DNA from: Bugula neritina
Taxonomy: Eukaryota; Animalia; Bryozoa
DNA length: 64,000 bases
NCBI GenBank assembly: GCA_964035545.1
Contig: OZ037766.1
Coordinates: forward strand, 8,608,722-8,672,721
Reading direction: 5' to 3'
A program made the position numbers and the translations under genes. Positions 52,237-64,000 of the stretch are shown here, piece by piece. How positions within the stretch are numbered: the stretch's first letter is position 1; each line of letters opens with the position of its first letter. The notes under the pieces were generated by a model. That model searched no databases, was not told the DNA's origin, and saw only the letters and a list, made by a program, of their open reading frames with translations.

Positions 52237-55200
52237 CAACTTACTATCAGGAATAAACCAGATGCTTCCACAGAATATAGAACTAAATATAAGTCCACCA
52301 ACACAACTCTTTACTCTACCACATCTGTAATATATTGTTGAAGAGAGATAAATAAATGTTTAGCTGCACAAATCAGGCTACGATACTACATATCTAGTCT
52401 ACATTTTAATGTTACCAAGTATACTTTTCTAAATGTAGAAAAAATTAAGTTGAAAAGATACAACAGATGAATGGTTTCAGAAGTTATTAATTTCTATAAA
52501 TTGAGACTTAATCTCATATAGTTATATATAAATAAAATAAAAACACTGAGGTGGCCTAGTGGGGAATAGCAGAGGAGTTGAAACTCACTAAAATCTAGTA
52601 TCTTGTTATTATTATCTTTTATAACTTATAGTAAAATAAAATAATAACTCATAACTTTCTTTGAAAATTGATCTTATTGCAGTTCACTGTAACTGCTGAA
52701 ACTTGTAAATGTCAGTTTAAATAAATTCTGCTTATCAGCTCTGAACTCTCATTAAACTCACTATCCATTACTTATCTTTAAGTTTGGAGTATTAGTTCTC
52801 ACTTTACACTGTTGTTGATCAGTTTTACCACAACAACATCTTAACAACACCATAGCAACACAATAACAAAACCATAGCAACACAATAACAAAACCATAGC
52901 AACACAATAACAAAGTAATCTACCCACCGCGGTATATTCATAATGTAGAGAATAGCGATACTGGAAGGTACTTCTACCATTGCATTAAGTATTACTGAGA
53001 TGTATCTGTTGTCACCCATGTTACCAGCAGCTATAGTCAGTCCATAATATACCGAGCTGCACGTAAACCTACAATAATGTATAAACTTGATTAAATAATA
53101 ACATTTTTAAAATCCTATAATACCCCCTTGAATATTGCCAACCCCATGAAAACCCACTTCTTTAAAGTTTTAATAAAATATTGGAACTCAGAAGGTTGGT
53201 TTGGCAATGATCTATAGCAACAAAGGTTAGTATTAATTTCTTCCACCTGCTCGATTTTGCATTTTGGCACCCCTCACTCCCAACGTATTGTTTCAAACAA
53301 AGTACGCCAAAATTTACACCTATAACTTAGCCAATATGAGGAAAAGCACTTTATTTTCAAAAACCTATATTAAATTAGTAGAAGAAAATAATTTAGCTTA
53401 ATAAAGTGAAGGTAATGCATACAAATCGACATTAAATTTGTCTAGTTTCATGAGTGGTAACCACTCTGCTGAACAAGCGATCATATATATAGAAGAATTA
53501 TATTTTAATGTTCTACATAAATGCACAAACCATGAAACGAGTTGAATTGCAGTTATCTTACGAAGAGTGCCATTAGTGAGTAGTGACAGCATTGAAGTTT
53601 TTGAACCTTTCTTACTTGCATCTCCCTTACTTGGTACCTGCACAATGTTTGTTGAATTATGTGATGAGGGAAATAAAAATATAATTACCACAAAGATTTG
53701 CTGCATAATGAAATGGGCAGGTTCACTTTAGTTATAAAATGCCAACTTTTGAGGGCAAATCTTAATAAAACATCACACCTTTATAAATCAGCCCAAGATA
53801 ACTTTCAATTTTTCTTTAGTAATTTCAACTTGCAACTATTAGAATAATTACACTCAAATTATGAGCTGGGAAATTCAAGTTCTACTATTCAAGTTCTACT
53901 ATTCAAAAGATACTATTCAAGAGTTACTATTCAATGGTACTATTCAAACTTGTGCTACTATTCAAGCACTATGACTATTACCTGGTTACTAACAATTCAC
54001 AATGTTTTTTTTCTGTTATTATTTTGCATATCTTTTAATATTAAAATACTACAAAATAAAAATAAACAGCTAACCTTCAGTTCAATATCACCAAGATCAT
54101 GACCATTGGTTTTTGCAATCTTTTTCAGTATTAATTTGCTTTTTTCAACATTTCCTTTTCCAAGATACCAGCGCGGACTTTCCACAAACAACCTAAAGTA
54201 ACCAATTTAAAGTATACCAACAAAAAAGTACAATCATTTCTCATCCATGCTAAATTAGTAAATAGATGTACAATTTGATATAATATTATCATTGGCTAAA
54301 TACATTTAATATAGATCTACCTATTAGTTTACTTTCTCAATAAATCCTTTATGTTAACCTGTGGAAGGCAAACTGTGTAACCAATCATTTTGACCTTAAA
54401 ACATCATAACAGTCATTGCTAACATAATTAGACTAAGAGAAATGATTTACATCAACAGCCAAGAGAATTCAAGTCAATATAATTAATATTTGCATTTGCT
54501 ATTTCGATTGCAAATAGTATAGCTAAATTTATGCACAATACTGAATATCAATATAAAATTGATTATACAGTGTTTACATCATAAACTCTATTAATGTTAT
54601 ATCTACAGATTAACTATACAATTGATATTTCACAAACTACAAAACATACAAAGGTGGGATCCTAGATAAACATATTTTACAACATCATTAAAATCACTAT
54701 ATCATTTAACACTTGCAACTTGTTGTAAACTCACCAGTAACATGGAATGGTGCAAACAATTCCAACAATCCCAAATATAATAGACATGACTTTCCAATCT
54801 TTTGTAAACCATGAAACAAGTGACAAAGTAGAAATTCCCAGAGCAAAAGCTAAAGCGGGCATAGCTCCAATAACACCTCGTTTACTTGGTCCTACTAACT
54901 CTGAAGTTAACACGAACCCAATAATGATTATACCACTCAGAAAGAAACCGGTCATCAACCTAAACAACCATGGTGAAATTATAATTCAATATGATTTGTT
55001 AGCAGCTTAAAAAATATGGTTGAAATAAAATAATTTGTAACTGGCTAAAACAGATAATAAATATAATGATTGCAATTTAACTTCCTTGTATGAGGCCAAT
55101 TGGCAAGGTTTTGAGGCAACCAGAATCTAACAACAATCATACCTTAAACCAACATATACAGTCCAATTAAGCGCAAATGAACTGAGTAAGCCAAATAATC

Positions 55201-55720
55201 CACACAAGAACTGACATGCTAACACCACTGGGAACCTGCCAAACTTGTCCCCCAAACCACCGACAAAGAATGAGCCAATCATGACACCCAATACAAACAA
55301 GGCTTGAGTGTTTTGAGCTGCTGTAATGCTGGGGCCACAAGTCATGTTCCACTGCAGATATATTAAATACAACAGACAGTCAAATACATACATAAAGTAC
55401 TATACATTTCTCATGCAAACAAAAATAAAACACATCATTGGAGCATAGAGCATGCAAGTTTATAAATACATTCACATAAGTCCTACCTCCATTGCAAATG
55501 ATTTAAGTTCATCATCAAGGTACACAATAGATGGACAGCCTGCATCACATGCATTAAAATGGCTATCTAAACAAGACATATTATTAGGTATTGAACCAGC
55601 AAATATGTTTTGCACCATCTGTGTACCGGCAAACCAAGCGCCCAAAAAACAACCACTGAAGACTTTCCATTGAAAATAGCCAAATTCGCCAGTTCTGATA
55701 TACACATCATCTACATCCAT
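51398..55720 (-). CDS. SLC22 organic cation/zwitterion transporter (SLC22A15-like), ~9 exons
   Basis: MDVDDVY..TGEFGYFQ with a short ECD ending SFAME|WNMTC, LGDKFGR, ELVGPSKRG, ESPRWYL, ELYPTPVR|NLGLG and LLLPETLGRPLPE. Confidence 0.9.
52183..52233. repeat. (TA)n microsatellite
   Basis: About 25 perfect TA units. Confidence 0.95.
52845..52913. repeat. 22-bp tandem repeat (ACCATAGCAACACAATAACAAA)x3
   Basis: Directly visible in an SLC22 intron. Confidence 0.85.
53872..53966. repeat. Degenerate ~14-bp tandem repeat (TACTATTCAA core)
   Basis: About 6-7 copies of TACTATTCAA. Confidence 0.75.
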
Positions 55721-56619
55721 CTCAAGTCATTAGCTTAGCTCAGTTCACTAAAAGCAAACAATGAAGAAAGCAATAGAAATTATTTAAAGAATAGAAAAAA
55801 AAATACTGCAAATTAATATAGAATAACATTAAAAGAAGATTGCAGGCTGAAAATTAAAAATTGATTTTTTTTTTTTTTTCTTTTTTTAAATGTCGATTTA
55901 AATTAGAGCTTTGTTCAAGAATACTAAATTGTTTACATACAAATAAAAGCTCAAACTTTTATTCCCTTTGACTTAGTTATTTTTAATGCATAATGTTAGT
56001 CTCAGCAGTAGTAATAAGTTAAAAGTCAAGAACATATTGTGTGTAAACACTGGAGAACTTGCTAAAACTACCACATTTCACCATTAGAACTAAAAACTGC
56101 CTGCAATGAAACCGGTGAGATAGTTATTGAACCCAACTATGGCATATCTATACTATACATGTATTCTAAATCATACTGTTGCACATTTAAAATTAGAGTG
56201 CAAGCAAATTTTAGACAATCCTTACATTTTATTGCAAATTAAATTCAAAAGTGCATTTACACATTTTTACCAATTTCATAACTTACTTCTTAGTAGTATT
56301 AAAGTTAAGCATAGATAAGTATTCTGAACTTGACAGCCAAGACTTGGTTAGGCCAATTACTGACTTGAGTTGCTATGGTATTGCTTTGACCCAACTGTAC
56401 TAAAATGAACTGAATTGGTTGTTTATTTGAGACAATAGCACCTATTTCCCACAACTGTGAATTGTTCAATAATTTAATAAGACAGGTCTTAAGAATGGTA
56501 TATTGCCAGCACTACAATAATATATACAATTATAACACGCTTATATCTTTTAAGGCATTTTATAATAAACATATTAATATCTATTGATTTGAAAAATAGC
56601 AATAAGTATTAATACAACT

Positions 56620-57157
56620 GTTATAAAATAGTTGGTGATAGTGACAATGATTAAATAAAAAAGCTAGTATTTTCAAGCAATTTTCAAGATGTTTTTTAGC
56701 CAAGTTACTAATTAAACTTAATAAAATTATAATGAATTATTGAATAAATAATAATATTAATAGGACTAGGTCATTATGATGATCAATCACTACCATTAGG
56801 CCTTATTATTGTGAATAACTTCTATAATAAAATCAAGCATAATGATAAACATAATAATATAATAATATTATTAAATAATATTTTTACTGACAGTGACTAA
56901 AAGTAAAAGTTCTACTGAAAGTGAATTTGTCTTTGAAGTTAATAAACCTAAAAGTAAAAGTTAAACTTAAAGTAAAAATGAAAATAAATATAATAATTAT
57001 AATAATCACATTTATTTTTAATATTACAAAGCTAAAACTAAAAAGTAGCTCACTAATAGTAAAAGGAAATGCGCTATAGCTCATCGCTGTTGAGTTCAAA
57101 TTCGTTGCAATGTTTAAGTACTATTTAATAGTTATAGTAGTATTACTATTACTACTA
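56620..57157. repeat. 6-bp periodic domain on the SLC22 side of a promoter core
   Basis: AAAGTAAAAGTTAAACTTAAAGTAAAAATGAAAAT and AGTTATAGTAGTATTACTATTACT. Confidence 0.65.
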
Positions 57158-57159
57158 GC

Positions 57160-57610
57160 CAAAACCTTGCCAACAGTCTCAAAGATTTTGATTACTGCCA
57201 ACGTTTACACCAAAGTACAAGGCAAGGGTCAGCGCAAAGTAAAGAATCGCTTAAAGCAGCACAAAATCGGTAGGTAAGTTAAGAGCAGTGATAGTTGGAC
57301 GTATCAAGTTTGAAGTTTGGCAACGACGTTTATACAAACGCTGTACGAAATGGTTCTCAACTTTGTGCTATTCATAGCGATTCTTGCAAAGCAAGGCAGA
57401 TAGTTTAGCCTTAGCGTTTGATTTTCTATGAATGAAAGGCAATAATATTTCAACTTGGATTTGCCACCTTCGCTTTGTATACTAGTTAGATGCAGATATG
57501 ATCGATATCCCACTGGTTTGCTGTGGCTGGGTATGCTGCTATAACTAGTGTTTTGATTTTAGGCAATTATTTAGCTTTTCCGGTTTGCTGCAAAAATGCT
57601 TGCAGCTACT
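57160..57610. promoter_or_regulatory. Probable bidirectional promoter core (SLC22 gene and an unidentified + strand transcript)
   Basis: CpG-richer, non-periodic island flanked by periodic domains, with a strong + strand donor TAG|GTAAGT at ~57274. Confidence 0.45.
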
Positions 57611-57774
57611 CATACTCATACTGCAATAATTATAAATATTTAACATATGAATAGAAATTTAACGATAATCTTTGATCAGAGTTGGGCCAAAATTAGTGTT
57701 TTAATTGTAGTCAACGAGTCAGTCAGAAAAGTTCTAAACTCACAAATTTCAGTCGAATCTATTTCATTTATCAA

Positions 57775-58265
57775 TTAATTTTAAGTTTAAAATTAAATTT
57801 TAATTTAATACCAAGTCCAATGGCCAATGAACAATGGGCAATTGAATGGGTAATAGAACTTTAAGTTCAAGTTCAAGTAGACAGTTGCAGTAGTCAAGTT
57901 CACTTTTGACACTAATACTATTAGTAACTATTAGTATTAGTGTTAGTATTAAACTATTAGTATTAAGTATTACTATTGAGTATTGAATAATAAAATTAAA
58001 TAGCTAGATTTAGACTATTGCCATTGGAGTATTACTATTACTGTATTAGTGTTAGTATTACTATTAGTATTAGACTTAGAGTATTACATTTACTAAATCA
58101 GATTTACCATCATTTCAGTATAACTATTAGTGTTAGTATTACTATTAGTGTTAGTATTACTATTAGTATTAGTGTTAGTATTAGTTTATTGCTATTAGTA
58201 TGACTAACCCACTATGAGGTTGAGTATCGCATTCCTATCAGTATGATTATGAGTATCAGTATGGC
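57775..58265. repeat. 6-bp periodic domain, interrupted by the LINE fragment
   Basis: AGTGTT AGTATT ACTATT AGTGTT AGTATT ACTATT AGTATT AGTGTT AGTATT (58129-58182). Confidence 0.85.
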
Positions 58266-58267
58266 AA

Positions 58268-59555
58268 TACATAAGCCTAAGAGCGAGGACAGCGAATCTC
58301 CAAACAACTTCAGGCCCGCCTCCCTGACAAGCATTTCCTGTAAAATGATGGAACAAATTGTGCTGTGTTGCCTTAATGAAAAGCTAGACGGTATACAGTG
58401 TAGGCTACTTCATCATCGCAAACATGGTTTTAGAAGAGGACTCGTCCTGTCAGACTCAAATGTGTGCTACCTACCAAGACCCATTGAAAGCAGTCCATGA
58501 GGGACACACTACCCATGCAGGAGTTGAGGACTTCAAAAAAGCTTTTGACAAAGTACCTCACCTAATGTTGCTTCAAAGATAGCAGGAGATACCAAGTATA
58601 AACATATAACTCCTTAACTGGATACTCGATTTCCTTTCTCACAGACAGCAGTTTGTTGTACTGAGAGGAGCCAGCTCTTAATAGTGCTAGGTAACCTCAA
58701 GAGTACCGCTGGGCTCTGTGCTAGGACCAATCTTATTTTTATGCTATATAAATTTTCTTATGTGAGCACAACTAAGGTAGTAGAACTGTTCCAAAAAAAC
58801 ATCAATGCTGTATATAAGTGATTTATAAAAATGGAAATGCACTTCAACGAAAAGAAATGCCAGGCAATTAATTTTGGTAAAGTAACCCCCATATCACATT
58901 ACATACTCGGTACCACATGCTTTTTGTGGGCAGAAAGCCTCAAATACCTTGAGGTAACCATCCAGTCAGACCTAAGATTTGATCAGCATATATATGATAA
59001 GTGTATTAGCCCCTGAAAGTTGGAGGGATCAAGCACTTGGTGTTTGATGCCCCAAAGCTACTGGCTTATACAAATCTATGCAGGCCTATTCTTGATTATG
59101 CAGATGTGGTTTGGGATCCTGTGACTAGAAGTAAGGTGCGTGTTATAGAGCTGGTCCAGAACAGCGTCGTACAGTTCATAAGCAATAGGAATGGACGCAC
59201 TGGCAGTGTATCTCTGGGGTGAAGGATGAGTTAAGACTCCGGTCGCTGGATGATAGCAAAAAAATCATCGACTGTGTTTACTCACCCAAATTCTTTAGAA
59301 TCTTGATCAACACCAGGCTCTATCTAGGGCCTATTACGAGATTGTTGAAGACAGAGTGCTAACCACCTAGTCAGAGGAGAGCGTATTTCAATATCAGCTG
59401 GGAAAAGCATTTTTCACACTAGTTTTCTGCCACGAACAATCAGTGAGATTCCTGGAGAATGTAATAACTAATTACAAAACAGCAAATGCAAATGCTCTAC
59501 AGACATTCCAGTTGGTGCAGAAGTCTTACTTCAACTGAGGTAATAAACTGCGGTA
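58268..59555 (+). mobile_element. 5'-truncated, frameshifted non-LTR retrotransposon RT (CR1/L2 group)
   Basis: Ordered RT motifs across frames: FRPASLTSISCKMMEQIV, HGFRRG, DFKKAFDKVPH, WILDFLSHRQQFV, VPLGSVLGPILF, FNEKKC, KYL, AYTNLCRPILDYADVVWDP, SFLPRTI. Contains stops and frameshifts, and the YADD motif is not seen. Confidence 0.9.
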
Positions 59556-59820
59556 ATCAGTATCAGTCTATCACTATAAGTACCACTGTGGGTTACTATT
59601 AGTATCACTATCACTATATCTCTTCACTATGATAGTGACTATGTCTATTCATGACTATTGTGACATTGTCTATTAGTATTACTATTAGTTATTACTATTA
59701 TATATTTATTTATTATTAGTATTACTATCACAGCTCACTATTAGTATTACTAATACTATTACTATTAGTATTATTATTAATAATTTACTTTTAGTATTAG
59801 TAGCACTATTATACTTTGAC
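59556..59820. repeat. 6-bp periodic domain resuming after the LINE
   Basis: ACTATTAGTATCACTATCACTAT and ATTAGTATTACTAATACTATTACTATTAGTATT. Confidence 0.8.
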
Positions 59821-62800
59821 TTGCAGGTGGCACCAAAGTTAAAAATTAATATCTAAAGAAATAGTTTTTTTCTGCATGACATTGCCATCAAAATTTTATT
59901 TTTAGTTTTTTAAAGAGGCTATTATTATTGAGATAAATTAGTGTTCAATGTGTAGCTATAGTGCTAAAGAGTCTGTCACTTCACCTATAATTTGCAAGTT
60001 TTGTCAATATTCAAGTTGTAAAAAAACACTGAGGAATTTACAAAGTTTTGGTTCTTATAGGTCTACTGGATTTGTACGAAAATGTAATTCAGGAGAGGTT
60101 TTAAATTTAAAGGCAGTCAGCAAAATCTTACTGAGTTAAAAGTTCTACTGGTCATGTTTCGTTCAGTTCTGCCATTATAATTTACTGATGGTTTTGTTAG
60201 TTGTAAGATTACAATACAATAATGAAAATAAATTATATTTTATTTCTGACTTAAATTAGTATCTTAGTGTAATACATAATTTTTGTAAGAAGTTGTGCTC
60301 TCTAAAAAAAGTGCAGAATTTACATATCATATTATATTGAAAATAAATAAAACCTTCAGCAAGCTTATTTAAATGCACTCTAAATTTAGGTAATTATTAA
60401 AATTTTATAACCAGAAATCAACTCTTATAAAGTAATTAGATAACATTGCCATGAGCTAATGTTCAAAATTAACCTAGCAATAGTGCCCGAGCCTGGTGCT
60501 TTGGTGATTTATAGGTAGCTTATATAACAGAAATAGTAAGCTAAGCAGTATGCTCAGTTTGTTGCAAATGTGCCACATAATCTTTTAGCTATAGGTCTAT
60601 AACATTTTAAATCAATAAAGGTGATGCTATTATATAATAACTAGTACCATTTATCCATTATATTACTAAATGATTCAAACAGGATCACTACAGCTTTATA
60701 GTTACTCATTTGTTGTATAATTCCATGACCTTGATAAAACTACCTACAAAATGTAATACACTTAAAAGTGAAAGACACCAGAATGGCTATTGTACAAAAT
60801 ATAGATCACTAACTTGAATACTCCAATATTGGCAGTCAATCAATGGAAACTTTCTTATTGATGAATTGAAAATCAATTGTTTAATTCTGAATTGGTTTAG
60901 ACTTCAGTTACTAAATCAAATAAGAAAACTTTTCATCTTTATATTTGTTAGATAATTTCAAGTGTATCTGTTTGATGTATATTATTTGAAGAAATGAAGA
61001 ATGTGCTTTATGGGGGTGTTGAAGCAGGTTCATTTCATCATCAAATGACACAAAGTGCTTATAGCAGGTAAAAATACCTCAGTCATCAACTTCTCACTTT
61101 CTTTTGTTTGCACTATAAGAGAGGTTTAAATCACATCATATTTTGGGTGCTGCAAGTACGTCTTATTCAAGCATGACTTCAGATATATTCTATACTTGTG
61201 TGTTGCTCAATTTGATAACTTTCAGATCCTATTTCATCATCATAAACTGGTAGATGACGGAACAATCCAACACTTCTCACTCATAAACTGTGAGATGGTA
61301 GAATTTTCTCACGCTCACAGCCAATCCACTGTATCATCATGTTGTTTATGAGACAACTGGGCTAAGCATTTTGTCAATTTACTACCGGTGGGCATCTTCA
61401 AACAGTCTTATGGTAGGCTATGGCTAAATAACTGTAGTGTGCACAATATCGTTCTTCTAAATGTTATACTCTTATTTTACAAGGTACTCTTTGACTATTT
61501 AAATATATAAAAATTCTTCATATTTGACATTTGTTGCAGCTTTTATATAGCTCTGTAGAAGAATTGCTGACTGATGTATTGTTGAGAGCTGCTGCACCCA
61601 CATAAGATGGATTGGCAGACTGCAATGAAGTTCAGGGTTTACTGTCTATTCTACTACCTGTAAGTCTTCCAATATTGAAAATGTATACACAGTGCAAATC
61701 TCTGAGTAGATGTCTAGGCGTCCTTTATAACTCACTTTATTATAAAGCTACTGCATCAAATTTTCTACTCCTCAATATTTACAATAAGGAGCCTTCATAC
61801 AATCTATTATAGCCTTCTATTATTCAATACTGTTTGCAGTCGAAGAATGAGCTGAATGGGAGTATAGCAGTTGTAGGCATTATACGCATGATTTGCATAT
61901 GAATAGAGAGAATGAGTATAGCTAGCCGGGTGTGAGGGTTAAAACCAGTTGCTTTCTCTCCTCAGAGACGCTTGCTGAGATCCAGCTCCTGGACCTTTTA
62001 GGATTATTTTCCATCAGCTTAGGCTGAAGCTATTTGCGTGTGGTAAGCATTCGCTCTAAATTTTATAGTTTTTGTTTTGCAAAAATGCTTTTGGGAATAA
62101 ATTGCCAGCCATTTGTTGGCCTATTTTAGGGATGTTTTGGGTGTGGTCATAAAAGATACATCAAAATAAATTGATCTCTGTGTTATCAACTTCTTGCCTA
62201 CCTATAATAATTGTAATGCTCATTTGACATTTCAAAATGTTTCTGTTAAGCAATTCGCAAGCTTTGCAGTTAATTTTATTATGGTTAATTTTTAAATTTA
62301 AATAATTAGGTTTTTAACCAATCATTGGCCTAAAGTATATCTAAATTTATTTGGAAAAAAGTTTATGGAGTTTATGCAGTGGTGCAAGGTGCTTTCTTCT
62401 TACAACCAATAAGCAACGATTGAGTTCCAAATATGTAACTTGTTTGCTAGGCTATGTATGTTTAAGTTGTATTTAATTATGCTTCTATTTTTACTAAGTT
62501 ATCTACAGCAGTCTGCATTAAAGTCAGTTTAACAACCTGCCTAAGTAAATAGGTTTTAATATATTATAGAAATTGCGGCAGTTGGTTGAAGAATGCTCTC
62601 AAATAAGTAAAAATAAGATTGTCTGCTCAACATAAACTGAATTTGACTGATATATCATAACCTTTTAGTTAACTGAGCAGTCAAAAACCTGCAAAGTTGC
62701 TGTATACTCAGGGCTTAAAGGATACTAGCAATGCCTAAATTTAAGAAACTATGTGAACTTCTGCATCTTTAACATGTGCTTGTTTTTTTCAATTACAATA

Positions 62801-64000
62801 TTTGTGATCAAATAATATTATTTTTGCTCAACATTCTTCAGATTGAATTATGTGCTAAATTTTCATGAATCGCAAACACCACAAAACTATTTGTAAAATG
62901 TGTAACTGGTAGGTGTGTAGAGAATACACAGTTGACTCTAAACTATTACTAACAGTAGCTATATGTATCATACCCGTCAGTATGAAAGCACTTGACTGGC
63001 AATGTCAATATTGTCTATTACCTGTCTCATTGTTTTGCAATGCTTACACAGCATTACCCTGTTCTATAAAGTAGCAGCATATTCGTGGAGTTAAATTGAT
63101 TTCTGCTGTAGCCCTGTTTTATTGCTTTTGTTAGCCTGTTTTTGCCGCCGTTAAAAGGTGAAAAATGGGTGTGTAGGCCTATTTGAGTTGTGCTACCCTT
63201 TGTTAAGAAGTGATATATTTTCATACTTATTTGGTGAGCATCAAAGTCAGTGATAGCCATAGATTTTTTTCATGAAGTAAAATGTAAATTTTTAATTTGT
63301 ATATATATATTTCTTAGTTTTTAACTCTGTCGAAAATTGTATGTTGAAAAGTTTTTATGGGCCATGAATTTATTTTGGTGGAATAAACTATATAACTATT
63401 TTTTTATAATACTTGCATATTTCTTAAGCTATTATGTTCTTTACACATGTATGAGACTTTATATTGTAGCTATAAGAAGTTTTGACCTTGTTTGCATCCA
63501 TCTTTTTAGGATAGCCTATAGTTAAGTCACTCGGCCTTTAAAAGGCTATATTCAGAATGGCAGTTAAAGCAGTCTGTGCGCTCTGTCTAGCTATATTGGT
63601 CTTGGACTCAACCTTTTACCTTGGTAAGTTGTAATCAAAAAATATGAGCATTTGTCAAGATTAGAAGGCATAATAGATGCAATCACTTCTTTGTAGACAG
63701 GTTTCAAGAGAAAAGGAAAACTCGTTTAAGCTTTGGAGCATAAGAATTTCTGCTCTACTTTTAATTCTGTTCAAATAGCATATTGTTCTTAATTTGCTTA
63801 AATAGAAATGTAATTCTTAGTGTAACAAAAGGGCAAAGAGCAATAATAATTCTACCGTGCAAATAGGTGTGTCAGGCTTTGATTTTGAATGAGTGGCTAG
63901 TGAGTACAGGAAGTGAATGAGATGCTTTAATGTTCTCAGTGACAGAGCAAATAGAATAGTGAAAACTTTGTGTTTAAGAAACTTGAAATCTCGTCATCTG

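Noticed and set aside
41024-53966. Short tandem arrays as CRISPR-like loci
   Set aside because: No unique spacers, eukaryotic intronic context and no cas genes.
5350-55673. Antisense and alternative-frame ORFs over real exons (e.g. 5350-5553, 9316-9579, 18213-18662, 36278-36631, 54747-55010)
   Set aside because: They are shadows of coding exons on the other strand or frame.

Overview
AT-rich, gene-dense genomic DNA from an invertebrate animal with spliceosomal genes and short introns; the taxon cannot be fixed from this window. Eleven protein-coding genes are supported: BCCIP(-), intronless DXO(+), BRD7/9(-), TEX52(-), a CCDC181/MAP9-like coiled-coil gene(+), PPAN(-), PIN4(+), TAF4(-), a previously unrecognisable 3-exon gene encoding a stand-alone TAFH domain(-), ABHD2(-) and an SLC22A15-like transporter(-). 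The window also holds two copies of one tRNA-derived SINE family and a dead non-LTR (CR1/L2-type) RT fragment. Most striking features: (1) about ten domains, 0.3-1.4 kb long, of degenerate, dyad-symmetric 6-bp-periodic DNA (consensus ~AnTnWn), located beside promoter cores and not seen in internal introns; (2) a 19-21 bp TATA-ending motif shared, in the same orientation relative to transcription, upstream of three ribosome-biogenesis genes (BCCIP, PPAN, PIN4); (3) the TAFH-only paralog in tandem with TAF4, which keeps TAF4's intron positions; (4) an RFX X-box-rich bidirectional promoter between the two cilia/testis-type genes. Gene models were spliced by eye, and gene identities come from recalled family motifs, not from database searches.
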